DNA of 58,468 nucleotides. It comes from an uncultured Pelagibacteraceae bacterium. Lineage in GTDB: Bacteria; Pseudomonadota; Alphaproteobacteria; Pelagibacterales; Pelagibacteraceae. Below are positions 11,072 to 23,528 of this stretch, one piece after another. Made by a program: the position numbers and the translations under genes. The stretch's first letter is position 1, and every line of letters starts with the position of its first letter. Under the pieces are notes generated by a model. It saw nothing but the letters and a program-made list of their open reading frames with translations. It ran no database searches and was not told the DNA's origin. The DNA lies in the NCBI GenBank assembly GCA_902522915.1, contig CABYXQ010000001.1, forward strand, positions 1 through 58,468, written 5' to 3'.

Positions 11072-11317
11072 TTAATTAATCATATTTCTTAAATTTAAAT
11101 ATTCAAATTTAATTAATAAGTAAATTATGATAAAAATGACAGTAGTAATTCCAGTACAATAAAGGAATTTTTTCAACATTCTTGGATTTTCAGGTGATCC
11201 TGGATCCTCACCATCGATTTTTACAGTTTTTTTTCGATTCACATCAATAGGTAAAATAGCAAAAAAAAATATCCACCATATAATTATATAGATAATAGCT
11301 AAGCCTGTTGCGCTCAT
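11072..11317 (-). CDS. DUF1467-family small membrane protein
   Basis: IYIIIWW.FFFAILP...G.DPGSP..P pattern; usual alphaproteobacterial neighbour of rnj and proS. Confidence 0.75.
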   Translation of the reverse strand: MSATGLAIIYIIIWWIFFFAILPIDVNRKKTVKIDGEDPGSPENPRMLKKFLYCTGITTVIFIIIYLLIKFEYLNLRNMIN

Positions 11318-12975
11318 TAAATTCTTATTAAATTGATATTGGTAAAAGGTTTTTTTCCTGTTCTCTCTTTAGAAAATTTTCTACAGGCAATTTTTAATGC
11401 ATCAATAAGATTATGTTCTTGTTGTTTGCTTCCAATTTTAAAAGTTCTAGAGGTTTTCTCTATTTCCTCTTCTAATCCATAAACAAAAACATCTCTATCA
11501 TCTACAGGTAACCCACGAAATGAAAGTATAGGGTTGTTATGTATATTACCTTTAGGTGTAATCATAATTGTTACCTCGAGATATCCATTTGCACTTAAAT
11601 TTTTCCTATCTTTTATCGATTGTGAATCTGGATCAACACTAACACTGCCATCTAAGTAGAGTCTACCACTTGGAGCCTTGTCATATACTTCAGGTTTTTC
11701 ACCTGGATATAACTTAACGATATCACCATTTTCTACTTGAACTGGATGTGGCACTTGCATTTCTTTTGCAAAATTAATGTGTTCTATCATATGTCTATGT
11801 TCGCCGTGCACAGGTATTACGCACCTAGGTTTTACCCATTGATACATATCTTTAAGGTCTTCTCTATTGGGATGTCCAGAAACATGAACAAATTCGGTTT
11901 CTTCAGATATTACTTCTATTCCATCCTTAACAAGTTGGTTGTGAAGTTTATAAAGTTTTTTTTCATTACCAGGTATAATTTTTGAAGAAAAAATTACAGC
12001 ATCATCTTTTTCAATAAAAACATCTGGATGAACATAACTAGAAATTCTCATCATTGCACCCATTGGTTCGCCCTGGCTTCCAGTACATAAATATACAATT
12101 TTTTCTCTTGAAAAATTTTTAGCTTCTCTTGGATCTATTGGCTCAATTGTATTTTTTAAATATCCACATTGACGTGCAGCTTTATAAATACGATGCATTG
12201 ATCTACCAACTAAAGAGATTTGTCTGCCTGTTTGTTCCGCACAATAAAAAGCTGTTTCCATTCTAGCTACGTTTGAAGCAAAAGACGTTATGATAACCCT
12301 TTTTTTTAATCGAGACATAACATTTAACATATTTTTTCTTACATCTAATTCTGAACCTGATCTACCAGCACTAAAAACATTAGTTGAGTCACAAATCATT
12401 GCTAGTACACCTTCTTCACCAATTTCCTTTAATCTTTTTTCGTTTATATTTTCTCCTATCAAAGGATTTGGATCTACCTTCCAGTCTCCAGTATGCAAAA
12501 TAACTCCTGCAGGAGTTTTTATTCTAAGTCCATTTGGTTCTAATATAGAGTGCGTTAAAGTAATGTATTCAATTTCAAATGGATCTAAAGAAACCTTTCC
12601 ATTTAACTCAACAATCTGTAAATCATTAGTTATATCAATTTGTTTTTCTCTAAATTTTTCTCGAATTAATACAGCTGTAAAAGGAGTTGCAAAAATTTTA
12701 CATTTTAATTTTGGCCATAAATGAGCAATTGCACCAATGTGATCCTCGTGAGCATGTGTTAAAACTATTCCTAATAAATTATCTTTTCTTTCAACTATAA
12801 ACCCGGGATCTGGATAAATTAAATCAACACCTGGAATAGTATCATCTGCAAATGTTACCCCTATGTCGACCATAATCCATTTATGATCACTAGGCTGTCC
12901 ATAGCCAAACAGGTTCATGTTCATGCCTATTTCACCTGATCCACCTAAGGGACAAAATAATAGTTCATCTTTCAT
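11317..12975 (-). CDS. rnj: Ribonuclease J
   Basis: PLGGSGEIGMN, THAHEDHIG, HTGDWK, TGSQGEP, HVSGH, PVHGE motifs. Confidence 0.95.
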   Translation of the reverse strand: MKDELLFCPLGGSGEIGMNMNLFGYGQPSDHKWIMVDIGVTFADDTIPGVDLIYPDPGFIVERKDNLLGIVLTHAHEDHIGAIAHLWPKLKCKIFATPFTAVLIREKFREKQIDITNDLQIVELNGKVSLDPFEIEYITLTHSILEPNGLRIKTPAGVILHTGDWKVDPNPLIGENINEKRLKEIGEEGVLAMICDSTNVFSAGRSGSELDVRKNMLNVMSRLKKRVIITSFASNVARMETAFYCAEQTGRQISLVGRSMHRIYKAARQCGYLKNTIEPIDPREAKNFSREKIVYLCTGSQGEPMGAMMRISSYVHPDVFIEKDDAVIFSSKIIPGNEKKLYKLHNQLVKDGIEVISEETEFVHVSGHPNREDLKDMYQWVKPRCVIPVHGEHRHMIEHINFAKEMQVPHPVQVENGDIVKLYPGEKPEVYDKAPSGRLYLDGSVSVDPDSQSIKDRKNLSANGYLEVTIMITPKGNIHNNPILSFRGLPVDDRDVFVYGLEEEIEKTSRTFKIGSKQQEHNLIDALKIACRKFSKERTGKKPFTNINLIRI

Positions 12976-12979
12976 ATTA

Positions 12980-13723
12980 TTAAATTAATTTTGAAATTTT
13001 TAATAAGCCTTTAATTGTTATATCTTGGTTATGACTTGCTTTCGTTTTTATTGAGTTTTTAAATAAATTTGAAAATCCACCAGTAATAATTACTTTAAAA
13101 GATTTTCCGCTCTCTTTCTTAATTAAATTAATAATATTGTCAATTAAACCCGCATAACCCCAAAAAAAGCCTGATCTAACGGCTGAGATTGTATTGTTAC
13201 CAATAACTTTATTAATCTTTTTTAAATCTATTTTTGGTATCAAAGTTGCTTTATCAGACAAGGTATTAAGAGATAATCTAACACCAGGAGCAATAATTCC
13301 TCCATAATAAGTATTTTTAATTAGTACATCAAACGTTGTCGCTGTACCAAAATCTAAAATTATAAAATTATTTTTATTGTTCATTAAACTTATAGCATTT
13401 GTAATTCTATCTGAGCCTACTTGTTTATAATCTACTTTAATTTTTATAAGTGATTTTAAGTTTAATTTTTTAACCTCATGGCATTTTAATTTAACTTTTT
13501 TTGATAAAAATTTATCAATTATAGAAAATGTTTTTGGAACGACGCTGCAAAATAATATTTTTTCAATTTTATTTAATTGAATTTTATTTTTTTTAAATAA
13601 AATATTAAGCTGTTTGTTGTTTACAGATTTTGATAAAAAAGTAATTCTTTTTAAAATTTGATTATTTTTAGAAACAATACATAATTTTGTTTCCGTATTA
13701 CCAATATCACCAAGAATATACAT
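12980..13723 (-). CDS. coaX: Type III pantothenate kinase
   Basis: DIGNT, VGSDR, DFGTATT, GGIIAPG, ITGG motifs. Confidence 0.93.
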   Translation of the reverse strand: MYILGDIGNTETKLCIVSKNNQILKRITFLSKSVNNKQLNILFKKNKIQLNKIEKILFCSVVPKTFSIIDKFLSKKVKLKCHEVKKLNLKSLIKIKVDYKQVGSDRITNAISLMNNKNNFIILDFGTATTFDVLIKNTYYGGIIAPGVRLSLNTLSDKATLIPKIDLKKINKVIGNNTISAVRSGFFWGYAGLIDNIINLIKKESGKSFKVIITGGFSNLFKNSIKTKASHNQDITIKGLLKISKLI

Positions 13724-14259
13724 TATTTAATTTTATACAGTTTAGATAAATTTTTTTCAAAAAGTAGTTTTAGTTTATTTTCTACAATTAATTTACTAAT
13801 ACTTTTTTTAGTTACCTCTTGCAAGTTTGTGGCTGGATAATTCCTTATAATTGGATTTTTTTTAATATTTATACCTATACCAGTAATTAAAAATTTTTTA
13901 TCTCTTACACATATGACTTCTTGTAAAATGCCACTAATTTTTTTTTTATCAATTAATAAGTCGTTTGGTTTTTTAAATAAAATTTTTTTACTTGTAAATG
14001 ACGAGAGTAATTTTTTAACTAAAAGACAATTGATTCTAGTTATGGCGCCGATAGATAAATTTACTTTATTTAGTTCATTGAAAAAAGAAACAAATAAATT
14101 TCCTTTTGATGATATCCATTTTCTCCCATACTGTCCTCTTCCATTTGCTTGAGTTTCAGCAATAACCATCCCTAAATTGGATTTAGTTTCTTTAATAATT
14201 CTTATTGCAGTATTATTTGTGCTTTTAACTTTTTTAAATTTAAATTTTTTTAATTTCAT
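13723..14259 (-). CDS. birA: Biotin--[acetyl-CoA carboxylase] ligase, catalytic domain only
   Basis: STN, Q..GRGQYGRKW.S, KKPNDL, KKISGILQE, GIGIN; typical position after nuoN. Confidence 0.88.
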   Translation of the reverse strand: MKLKKFKFKKVKSTNNTAIRIIKETKSNLGMVIAETQANGRGQYGRKWISSKGNLFVSFFNELNKVNLSIGAITRINCLLVKKLLSSFTSKKILFKKPNDLLIDKKKISGILQEVICVRDKKFLITGIGINIKKNPIIRNYPATNLQEVTKKSISKLIVENKLKLLFEKNLSKLYKIK

Positions 14260-15677
14260 TAAATAATATTAATTCTAGATACAACTTCAATTAATTGACT
14301 TGGAAACGCGAAGTACAAAAGAATTAATATAGTTGAAAGCGTTAATGAAAATTTTAACCATAAACTATGATCATCGTCATACTTTTCTTTTTCTTTATCG
14401 AAATATATTATTTTGATAATTCTTAAATAGTAAAATGCTGCAACAACAGTTGATAATAGTCCTACTATTGCTAAAAAATACATTGATTGTTCTAAAACAG
14501 CTGTAAAAATATAAAATTTTGCAAAAAAACCTGCCAAAGGAGGTATGCCTGCTAAAGAAAACAAAATTGCAAGCAAACATAGTGATAATAATGGATGATT
14601 TTTTGATAAGCCTGATAGATCATCAATATCCTCATAATACTGATTATTTCTTTTAAGCATTAATAAACAAGAAAAAAGAGCTAAGTTCATTACAACATAA
14701 ATCGATATATAAGTTATTGAGCTTTGTATCCCCTCATTTGATGCTGTTGCAAGTCCAGCTAATGTATAACCGATATGTCCAATTGAACTGTAAGCTATAA
14801 GTCTTTTTATGTTTGTTTGACCTATAGCAGCTATAGCTCCAAATAACATTGAAGCAATTGATAAAAAAACTACAATCATCTGCCATTGGTCTAATAAATT
14901 TGAAAATGGAACATATAAAAATCTTATAAACACAGTTAATGCTGCAATCTTAGGCACCATAGTAAAAAACAATGTTACAGTGGTTGGAGATCCCTCATAA
15001 ACATCAGGAGCCCACATATGAAATGGAACTGCAGAAATTTTAAATGCTAAACCAACCAAAATAAATACAATTCCAAATGTTAAAACATATTCGTTCGAAT
15101 TGAGTTGATTTGAAATTAAATCAAAATTAGTTGAACCTGAAAAACCATATACTAATGAACATCCATATAATAACAAGCCAGAAGATAATGCGCTTAGAAC
15201 AAAATATTTTAAACCAGCCTCAGAGGATTTTAATTGGTCTCTATTGTAGGTAGCTAAAACATAAAGTGCTAAAGATTGTAATTCCAAACCCATATAAAAA
15301 ACAATTAAATCATTTGAGCTAATCATTACCATCATTCCTAAAATTGAACTTAAAATAAGGATAGGATACTCAATGTTAAATAATTTAAACGTTTTTAAAT
15401 AGCTTGATGAAATAATTAAAACTAAAAAACCACAAATTAAAGTGATTATTTTCATAAAAGACGACAAATGATCAATAACAACACTTTGATTAAATAAAGT
15501 TATTCGATTGACTGAAAATGTTTCATTGATAGTTATTATAGTTGTTATTAAAATTACAAATAAAGATAAATTAAATACAAGTTTTGAGCTATCTTTTTTA
15601 AAAACACCTAGAACAAGTAAAAACATTATTGAAAGTGAAATAAATATTTCAGGTAATATTAAGTTTAAATTTTCCAT
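14259..15677 (-). CDS. nuoN: NADH-quinone oxidoreductase subunit N
   Basis: EAGLKYFVL, FKISAVPFHMWAPDVYEG, SLAGIPPLAGFFAK. Confidence 0.97.
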   Translation of the reverse strand: MENLNLILPEIFISLSIMFLLVLGVFKKDSSKLVFNLSLFVILITTIITINETFSVNRITLFNQSVVIDHLSSFMKIITLICGFLVLIISSSYLKTFKLFNIEYPILILSSILGMMVMISSNDLIVFYMGLELQSLALYVLATYNRDQLKSSEAGLKYFVLSALSSGLLLYGCSLVYGFSGSTNFDLISNQLNSNEYVLTFGIVFILVGLAFKISAVPFHMWAPDVYEGSPTTVTLFFTMVPKIAALTVFIRFLYVPFSNLLDQWQMIVVFLSIASMLFGAIAAIGQTNIKRLIAYSSIGHIGYTLAGLATASNEGIQSSITYISIYVVMNLALFSCLLMLKRNNQYYEDIDDLSGLSKNHPLLSLCLLAILFSLAGIPPLAGFFAKFYIFTAVLEQSMYFLAIVGLLSTVVAAFYYLRIIKIIYFDKEKEKYDDDHSLWLKFSLTLSTILILLYFAFPSQLIEVVSRINII

Positions 15678-15678
15678 A

Positions 15679-17160
15679 CTATTTACTAGCTAAATTTATT
15701 GAGTACATATTTATTAAATCTTTTACAGATACTTCTATAGTGTTAATTAATGGATCTGGATAAAATCCAAAAAATAAAATAGGTGCTGCTAAACAACTTA
15801 AAATAAAATACTCAGATCTATTTAAATCTAAAATCTTTTTTAGATCTTCGTTAATTAATTTTCCAAAGACTACTCTTTTGTATAACCATAGCATATATGC
15901 AGCACCCAAAATCACTCCAAGACTTGCTAAAACAGCTACCAAAAAATTATCTTTAAATGCACCCATTAAAATTAAAAATTCACCAATAAAGCCACTCGTT
16001 CCAGGTAAACCAAGAGATGCTAATGCAAATAACATAAATAATATTGAATATTTAGGTATTATAGAAACCAATCCACCATATGTGCTTATCAATCTGGAAT
16101 GCATTCTGTCATAAATTACTCCTACAGTTAAAAATAATGCTGCTGACACCAATCCATGACTTATCATTTGAATTATACTTCCTTCAATTCCTTGCTGTTG
16201 AAGTGTAAATATACCCAGAGTTACAAAACCCATATGAGCAACTGATGAATAAGCAATTAGCTTTTTCATGTCTTCTTGCATTAAAGCAATAAGGGATGTG
16301 AATATAATTGCGATTACACTTAATGCATAAATTAAAGGTGTAAAAATTTCTGATGCTACAGGGAAAAGACCTAATGAAAATCTTATGAAACCATATCCAG
16401 CCATCTTTAACAATATTGCCGCTAGCAATACAGATCCAGCTGTAGGAGCTTCTACATGTGCATCAGGTAACCATGTATGAACTGGCCACATAGGTGTTTT
16501 AACAGCAAATGAACTAAAAAATGCTAGCCATAAAAGATTTTGATATTTAACATCTATACCAATTTCATAGAGCTGAACCACATCGGTTGTTCCTGTAATC
16601 CAATAAATTGAAATTATTGCTACTAACATTAAAACAGAACCAAGCAGTGTGTATAAAAAAAATTTGAATGCTGAATAAACTCTTCTAGCACCTCCCCAAA
16701 TTCCAATAATTAAAAACATTGGAATTAATCCAGCTTCAAAAAATAAGTAAAACACAACAAGATCAAGTGCACAAAAAACACCAATCATAAAACTTTCCAT
16801 AATCAGTATTGCAATTAAAAAATCTCTCAATCTGTTTTTAATCGAATTATTTACAGATATAATACACAGTGGTGTGATAAACGTTGTTAATATAATAAAT
16901 AAAATCGAAATTCCATCTACACCAACTTTATAATTGATAAATCCTTCTATCCATTTTTTATCTTCAATAAATTGAAAGCTAGAGATAGATTGATCAAAAG
17001 AAATCCATAAATAAATAGAAATTAAAAAATTAACTACTGATGTAAATAAAGCTACATATTTAACTGTTAAATTATTTCCATCTTTATTTTTAGTAAAAAA
17101 TAAAAACAAAGCACCAATAGTTGGTAATAATATTAAAGATGAAAGAATAGGAAAGTTCAT
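15679..17160 (-). CDS. nuoM: NADH-quinone oxidoreductase subunit M
   Basis: KTPMWPVHTWLPDAHVEAPTAGS, KKLIAYSSVAHMG. Confidence 0.97.
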   Translation of the reverse strand: MNFPILSSLILLPTIGALFLFFTKNKDGNNLTVKYVALFTSVVNFLISIYLWISFDQSISSFQFIEDKKWIEGFINYKVGVDGISILFIILTTFITPLCIISVNNSIKNRLRDFLIAILIMESFMIGVFCALDLVVFYLFFEAGLIPMFLIIGIWGGARRVYSAFKFFLYTLLGSVLMLVAIISIYWITGTTDVVQLYEIGIDVKYQNLLWLAFFSSFAVKTPMWPVHTWLPDAHVEAPTAGSVLLAAILLKMAGYGFIRFSLGLFPVASEIFTPLIYALSVIAIIFTSLIALMQEDMKKLIAYSSVAHMGFVTLGIFTLQQQGIEGSIIQMISHGLVSAALFLTVGVIYDRMHSRLISTYGGLVSIIPKYSILFMLFALASLGLPGTSGFIGEFLILMGAFKDNFLVAVLASLGVILGAAYMLWLYKRVVFGKLINEDLKKILDLNRSEYFILSCLAAPILFFGFYPDPLINTIEVSVKDLINMYSINLASK

Positions 17161-19067
17161 TATTTAACTATTAAAAATGTTAACAAGGCAGAGAAACCTA
17201 ACAGCATTACAAATGCATATTGATATATAAAACCACTTTGAAATTTTGTTGCTTTAATTGAGCATTTTTTTATAAATGCAGAAATACCATCAGGGCCAAA
17301 ACCATCAATTATAGTTCCATCACAAAATTTCCATAAAAATAAACCAAATTTTTTTGAAGATTTAATAAATAATACTTCGTATACTTCATCAAAGTACCAT
17401 TTGTTCACTAAAAAATTATATAAAGGTTTGTTCATAGATGCTATGGCATTAGGTAAATTCTTATTTTTAACAAATAAGTAGTAAGCAATTGGAATTGATA
17501 ATAAAACCAAACAAGGTGTTAAAAGTAAAAACCATGTAGGCGGATGTTCTGTGCTTAAAGGTTCTAAAAATTTAATAGATTCAGCCCAAAAATTATCACC
17601 ATTACCAATGAAAAGTCCTTTAAATAAAAAACCAGCAAATACGGCGCCAATGGATAAAATAAATAAAGGAATAAGCATGACCATAGGAGACTCGTGAGTT
17701 TCTTCTATCTTGATATTTTTATTATTATAATCTCCATGGAAAGTTTTCAAAATTAACCTCCATGAATAAATAGAAGTTAAAAATGCTGTAATTATACCTA
17801 TACCAGCAGCATAATAACCAGTTGTGTTACCTCTTAAATAAGCAAATTCAATAATTGCATCTTTAGAGTAAAACCCAGACAAAAATGGAAACCCTGTTAA
17901 AGCTAGGGTACCTATTATCATTAGAGCATAGGTATATGGTAACTTTTTCCATACACCACCCATATTATTAATATTTTGCTCGTCTTTAAAAGCATGAATT
18001 ACTGAGCCAGATCCTAAAAATAATAATGCTTTAAAAAAAGCATGTGTGAATAAATGAAACATAGCAACATTGTATGCGCCTACGCCTGCAGCAAAAAACA
18101 TATAGCCTAGCTGACTACAAGTTGAATAAGCAATTATTTTTTTAATATCTGCTTGAACTAAAGCCACTGTTGCTGCAAAAAATGCAGTCGCCATTCCAAT
18201 TATAGTTATTAAGTTTAAAATTAAAGGTGAGTATTCATAAATTGGAGAACATCTCACAACTAGAAAAACACCAGCTGTAACCATAGTTGCAGCATGGATT
18301 AATGCAGAAACAGGTGTTGGACCTTCCATTGCATCTGGTAACCAAGTGTGAAGTAATATCTGTGCCGATTTACCCATAGCACCAATAAATAAAAGTAAAC
18401 AAATTAAATTTATCGCTTCAACTTCGAAACCTAAAAAAGATAAATTTTTATCAACAATCGTAGGAATTTGCTGAAAAACCTCAGAATAATTTACAGTTCC
18501 AAATAAATAAAAAACTAAAAAAATTCCTAATGCAAAACCAAAATCACCTACTCTATTAACAACAAATGCTTTAATCGCTGCAGCATTTGCACTTTCTTTT
18601 TTAAACCAAAAACCAATTAAAAAATAAGAGCAGAGACCAACTCCTTCCCAACCAAAAAATAATTGTAAAAAGTTATCTGCCGTCACGAGCATTAACATCG
18701 CAAAAGTAAATAAAGATAAATAAGCCATGAATCTTGGTTTATGAGGATCATGTGACATATAACCAATAGAATATATATGAACCAATGAAGATACTAATGT
18801 AACTACAACCAACATTACTGCGGACAGTGGATCGATTAACATAGACCAATTAACATCTAGTGATCCGGAGTTTATCCAAGTTGCTATAACAATATTTTCT
18901 TCATATTGATTTACAACTACTTGATAAAGTACATAAATTGATAGAAGTGCAGATGCTGAAACAAGTACGCTTGTTACTATCTCTGAATTTCTGTCTCCTA
19001 TATATCTCCCAAAAAAACCAGATATGATTGAAGCAATAAGAGGTAGAAATAAAATTGAAATTTCCAT
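17160..19067 (-). CDS. nuoL: NADH-quinone oxidoreductase subunit L
   Basis: GWEGVGLCSYFLIGFW, WLPDAMEGPTPVSALIHAATMV, HAFFKALLFL. Confidence 0.97.
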   Translation of the reverse strand: MEISILFLPLIASIISGFFGRYIGDRNSEIVTSVLVSASALLSIYVLYQVVVNQYEENIVIATWINSGSLDVNWSMLIDPLSAVMLVVVTLVSSLVHIYSIGYMSHDPHKPRFMAYLSLFTFAMLMLVTADNFLQLFFGWEGVGLCSYFLIGFWFKKESANAAAIKAFVVNRVGDFGFALGIFLVFYLFGTVNYSEVFQQIPTIVDKNLSFLGFEVEAINLICLLLFIGAMGKSAQILLHTWLPDAMEGPTPVSALIHAATMVTAGVFLVVRCSPIYEYSPLILNLITIIGMATAFFAATVALVQADIKKIIAYSTCSQLGYMFFAAGVGAYNVAMFHLFTHAFFKALLFLGSGSVIHAFKDEQNINNMGGVWKKLPYTYALMIIGTLALTGFPFLSGFYSKDAIIEFAYLRGNTTGYYAAGIGIITAFLTSIYSWRLILKTFHGDYNNKNIKIEETHESPMVMLIPLFILSIGAVFAGFLFKGLFIGNGDNFWAESIKFLEPLSTEHPPTWFLLLTPCLVLLSIPIAYYLFVKNKNLPNAIASMNKPLYNFLVNKWYFDEVYEVLFIKSSKKFGLFLWKFCDGTIIDGFGPDGISAFIKKCSIKATKFQSGFIYQYAFVMLLGFSALLTFLIVK

Positions 19068-19069
19068 AA

Positions 19070-19381
19070 TTAGCCTCTCAACTTATCTATTTCTTCAACT
19101 CTTATAGTTCCTGAGTTTCTGAAATACACTACTATAATTGCTAATCCTATAGCTGCCTCAGCTGCAGCGACTGTTAAAATAAATAAAGTAAAAACCTGTC
19201 CAGCTAAATCACCTAAAAATATTGAAAAAGAAACTAAATTGATATTAACGGCAAGTAATATCAATTCAATGCTCATTAATATTACAATTATATTTTTTCT
19301 ATTTAGGAAGATACCAATTACACCAATAGAAAATATTATAGCACCAAGAGTTAAATAATGTCCCAAACCTATTTCAGTCAT
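19070..19381 (-). CDS. nuoK: NADH-quinone oxidoreductase subunit K
   Basis: [24 protein letters not shown]. Confidence 0.96.
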   Translation of the reverse strand: MTEIGLGHYLTLGAIIFSIGVIGIFLNRKNIIVILMSIELILLAVNINLVSFSIFLGDLAGQVFTLFILTVAAAEAAIGLAIIVVYFRNSGTIRVEEIDKLRG

Positions 19382-20006
19382 CTATTTTAACTCCTTTATT
19401 GCTTTCAACTTCCAATACTTCAACGCCGTCAACTCTTTCACGGGATATTTGCTTGATATAACTTTGTTTTTTGACACCCGCTCTTTGTCTAAAAGTTAAG
19501 ACAATAGCTCCTATCATAGCCACTAATAATATCATCCCACTTATTTGAAATACGTGAATATAATCAGTATATAAAATCTTACCTAATGAATGTGTGTTGC
19601 TTACACTATTTAAATTGGCTGAATTATTAATGTCAAAAATTTCGGGTTTATATTTCCAGCCTCCTATCACAATCAAAATTTCAACAAAGATGAGTGTGCT
19701 AATAATTAAACCAAATGGAATATGTTTAGAGCTTTCTTTAGAAGAAAACCATTGATTTTTTTGCTGAGCAACATTTAACATCATAACTACAAATAAAAAT
19801 AAAACAGCAACTGCTCCGACATATACAATTAGCATTATCATTCCTAAAAATTCTGCGCCTATCATAATAAACAAACAAGAGATACTTATAAAATCAAGAA
19901 TTAAGAAAAATACTGAGTGCACTGTATTTTTTGAAGCTGTTACCATTATTGCTGAGACAATTGCAATTAAAGAAAATGTATAAAAAAAAATTGAATGTGC
20001 GATCAT
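19374..20006 (-). CDS. nuoJ: NADH-quinone oxidoreductase subunit J
   Basis: [24 protein letters not shown]; operon position. Confidence 0.96.
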   Translation of the reverse strand: MIAHSIFFYTFSLIAIVSAIMVTASKNTVHSVFFLILDFISISCLFIMIGAEFLGMIMLIVYVGAVAVLFLFVVMMLNVAQQKNQWFSSKESSKHIPFGLIISTLIFVEILIVIGGWKYKPEIFDINNSANLNSVSNTHSLGKILYTDYIHVFQISGMILLVAMIGAIVLTFRQRAGVKKQSYIKQISRERVDGVEVLEVESNKGVKIDD

Positions 20007-20009
20007 GGG

Positions 20010-20495
20010 TTATCTGTGGATATTGTCAGCTTTGATATTTGCGTCTAAAATATTTTCCCATCTATCTCCATTATCTAAAAGTTTTTCTTTTGTGTAATAA
20101 AGTTCTTCTCTTGTTTCCGTTGAAAATTCAAAATTAGGACCTTGAACTATTGCATCAACTGGACAAGATTCTTCACACAGACCACAATAAATACATTTCA
20201 TCATGTCTATATCGTAACGTGTTGTTTTTCTACTACCGTCATCTCTTTCTGTTGATTCAATAGTTATAGCTTGTGCAGGACAAACAGCTTCACATAGTTT
20301 ACATGCTATACATCTTTCTTCACCATTAGGGTATCTTCTTAAAGCATGCTCACCTCTAAATCTTGGGCTAATTTTACCTTTTTCAAATGGATAATTTATT
20401 GTTTTTTTAGATTTGAAGAATTCTTTAATAGCCATAAACAAACCTCCTAGAAAATCAGTCATAAATATTGTTTTAAAAAATCTAGAAATATTCAT
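20010..20495 (-). CDS. nuoI: NADH-quinone oxidoreductase subunit I
   Basis: Two CxxCxxCxxxCP motifs; [14 protein letters not shown]. Confidence 0.97.
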   Translation of the reverse strand: MNISRFFKTIFMTDFLGGLFMAIKEFFKSKKTINYPFEKGKISPRFRGEHALRRYPNGEERCIACKLCEAVCPAQAITIESTERDDGSRKTTRYDIDMMKCIYCGLCEESCPVDAIVQGPNFEFSTETREELYYTKEKLLDNGDRWENILDANIKADNIHR

Positions 20496-20497
20496 AA

Positions 20498-21496
20498 TTA
20501 ATTCACTGGTAAAAGATTAAAATAAAATAAATAACTTGCAGTAAGCACTACCCAAATTAGAGAAAAAGGAAGAAATATTTTCCAACCTAATCTCATAAGT
20601 TGATCGTATCTATATCTTGGAACAGTTGCTTTAACTAAAGCAAATAAGAAAAATAATAATAGGATTTTTAATATCAACCAAACAGCACTAGGTATCAATG
20701 TAAATGGAAAGATGTCTAAAGGTGATAACCAACCACCTAAAAATAATATTGCTCCCATCGCACACATTAATAAAATATTTGCATATTCACCTAACCAAAA
20801 CATTGCATACATCATTCCAGAGTATTCAGTTTGATATCCAGCAACTAATTCTGCTTCTGCCTCTGGTAAATCGAAGGGTGGTCTATTGGTCTCTGCTAAG
20901 GCTGAAATGAAAAATATTACAAACATTGGAAATAACGGAATAACAAACCATAAATCTTTCTGTGCAATAACGATATCGTTTAAATTAAGTGAACCAACGC
21001 ACAATAAAACATTTATTATAATTACACCTATAGATACCTCATAAGATACCATTTGAGCTGCAGAGCGAATTGCTCCAAGAAAAGGGTATTTAGAATTTGA
21101 AGCCCAGCCTCCCATAATTATTCCATAAACACCTAAAGATGAGACTGCAAATAAGTAAAGAATACCAACATTAATATCAGCTAAAACTTGAGTTGCACCA
21201 AATGGTATGACAGCCCAAGCAATCAAAGCCAAAGTCATTGTTACAATTGGAGCTAATATGAATATAACCTTATTAGAAGTTGATGGAATAATCATTTCCT
21301 TAAAAATATATTTTAAAGCGTCAGCTAAAGACTGAAGTAACCCAAATGGACCAACGACATTTGGTCCTTGTCGTTTTTGGACAAAAGCCCAAACTCTCCT
21401 GTCAAGCCAAACTATCATAGCTACAGATACTAGAACAGGAACTAGTAAAAATAATATTTTATAAACTTCTTGGAAAATTATGCTAAAATATTCCAT
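20498..21496 (-). CDS. nuoH: NADH-quinone oxidoreductase subunit H
   Basis: [43 protein letters not shown]. Confidence 0.97.
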   Translation of the reverse strand: MEYFSIIFQEVYKILFLLVPVLVSVAMIVWLDRRVWAFVQKRQGPNVVGPFGLLQSLADALKYIFKEMIIPSTSNKVIFILAPIVTMTLALIAWAVIPFGATQVLADINVGILYLFAVSSLGVYGIIMGGWASNSKYPFLGAIRSAAQMVSYEVSIGVIIINVLLCVGSLNLNDIVIAQKDLWFVIPLFPMFVIFFISALAETNRPPFDLPEAEAELVAGYQTEYSGMMYAMFWLGEYANILLMCAMGAILFLGGWLSPLDIFPFTLIPSAVWLILKILLLFFLFALVKATVPRYRYDQLMRLGWKIFLPFSLIWVVLTASYLFYFNLLPVN

Positions 21497-21497
21497 T

Positions 21498-23528
21498 TTA
21501 ACCTTCAGTACCTGTTGATTTTAAATTTAATTTTGAATTATTGCATTCAATCATTGTCTTAGAGCATCTCGCAATAATATTTGAAAAATAATATGGTTTT
21601 ATATCTATTGTTAATTTTTCATTTTGAAATTCTTGATCTAATTTTGGTTTAATTTCATCAGATCTTTTTTCTTTTTGTAAATTTAAATAATTAAACATGC
21701 TACTTTCTAACTCGTCTTTATCATTAAATAATTTTCTATTATTAATGAACTCAGCAATTTCATTTATTATTTGCCAATCTTCCTTAGCTTCACCTGGTGG
21801 ATATGACGCCTTATATGCTTTTTGAACTTTACCTTCTAAATTTGTGTAGTGTCCATCTTGTTCTGTATAAGCTGATCCTGGTAATATAATATCAGCAATT
21901 TCAGCTCCTTTATCACCATGGCTACCTTGATATATTACAAATTCATCTTTTTTATTAAAATCTAAACTGTCTTGACCTACTAAGTAAACTATTTCAAATT
22001 TATGTGACCTTAAATCATTTAACAGATTGTTTTCTTTGTTTATCAAACCAAGATCAAAATTTCCAACTGACGCTGCATCGCAAGATAGAATATTAACAGG
22101 ATACCAGTCTTCAGAAAATTTATTATTTTGTTTTAAGAATTCTATAATTTTATTATTCAAAAATTCTGCTGAATTTAATCTTAGAAAAGATTCCCCAAGT
22201 ATGATCATTGGTTTTTTGGAATTAATTATATTTGTTGACAAATCATGTGTTCCTTCAAAAATATTTTTTACTGTTTGAGTTTGTCCATCTAGGCTTTCAT
22301 AAGGGTAAGTTAAATCACCATTTTCATTCAAGGAATAAATTTTAGTATAATTATTTAAATAAGATTTTCTAATTCTTGCATTTAAAATAGTTGCCTCATA
22401 TCTTGGATTTGTCCCTACTAAAAAAATTAAATCAGCTTCTTCAATTCCATTTAGAGATGAGTTAAATATATAATTCTCTCTTTTTGATATATTTACAAAT
22501 CTATTATCTGTCCTAGACTCATAGTTTTTAATATCAAGGGTTCTATCAAAAAATTCTTTAAATATATAACTTGTTTCCATGTTAGTTAAATCACCAACAA
22601 AACCACAAATTTTTTCACTTTTTATATTTTCAAATTTAGATTTGATAATTTTATAAACCTCAGCCCATGTAGCTTTCTCAAATTTTTTATTATATTTAAT
22701 AAAAGGAGTATCTAATCTTTGATGAAGCAATCCATCACATGCATATCTAGTTTTATCTGAAATCCATTCTTCATTTATGTCCTCGTTAATAATTGGTAAT
22801 ACTCTTTTTACCTCCCAATCATATGTATCCACTCGTATATTGGATCCAACTGCATCCATTACATCAATTGTTTCTGTTTTTTTTAATTCCCAAGGTCTTG
22901 CTTCAAAAACGTATGGCTTTGATGTTAGGGCTCCAACTGGACAAAGATCTACAACATTTGCTGATAGCTCAGATTGCATGGATTGTTCAAGGTATGTTGT
23001 AATTTGCATATCTTCACCTCTACCAATGGCTCCAAGCTCTGGTACACCTGCTACTTCAGTAGCAAATCTCACGCATCTAGTGCAATGAATACATCTGGTC
23101 ATTTGTGTTTTAATTAATGGTCCCATATTTTTTTCTGGAACCAATCTTTTGTTTTCTTTAAATCTTGATTTATCAACACCGTAGTACATAGATTGATCCT
23201 GAAGATCGCACTCACCACCTTGGTCGCATACAGGACAATCTAAAGGGTGATTGGCTAACAAAAATTCCATCACACCTTTTCTTGCCTTTTCAACAAATTT
23301 AGTATTTGTTTTAATATTCATACCTTCAGCTGCTGGCATAGCACATGACGCGATAGGTTTAGGAGATTTTTCCATTTCAACTAAGCACATTCTGCAATTT
23401 CCAGCTATGGATAATTTTTCATGGTAGCAAAATCTAGGGATTTCTACTCCAGCCTTTTCGCATGCTTGAAGCACAGTTAGTCCCTCTTCAATTTCTACTT
23501 CAACATCATTTACTTTTAATTTAAGCAT
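21498..23528 (-). CDS. nuoG: NADH-quinone oxidoreductase subunit G (likely start MLKLKVND at 23528)
   Basis: [46 protein letters not shown]. Confidence 0.96.
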   Translation of the reverse strand: MLKLKVNDVEVEIEEGLTVLQACEKAGVEIPRFCYHEKLSIAGNCRMCLVEMEKSPKPIASCAMPAAEGMNIKTNTKFVEKARKGVMEFLLANHPLDCPVCDQGGECDLQDQSMYYGVDKSRFKENKRLVPEKNMGPLIKTQMTRCIHCTRCVRFATEVAGVPELGAIGRGEDMQITTYLEQSMQSELSANVVDLCPVGALTSKPYVFEARPWELKKTETIDVMDAVGSNIRVDTYDWEVKRVLPIINEDINEEWISDKTRYACDGLLHQRLDTPFIKYNKKFEKATWAEVYKIIKSKFENIKSEKICGFVGDLTNMETSYIFKEFFDRTLDIKNYESRTDNRFVNISKRENYIFNSSLNGIEEADLIFLVGTNPRYEATILNARIRKSYLNNYTKIYSLNENGDLTYPYESLDGQTQTVKNIFEGTHDLSTNIINSKKPMIILGESFLRLNSAEFLNNKIIEFLKQNNKFSEDWYPVNILSCDAASVGNFDLGLINKENNLLNDLRSHKFEIVYLVGQDSLDFNKKDEFVIYQGSHGDKGAEIADIILPGSAYTEQDGHYTNLEGKVQKAYKASYPPGEAKEDWQIINEIAEFINNRKLFNDKDELESSMFNYLNLQKEKRSDEIKPKLDQEFQNEKLTIDIKPYYFSNIIARCSKTMIECNNSKLNLKSTGTEG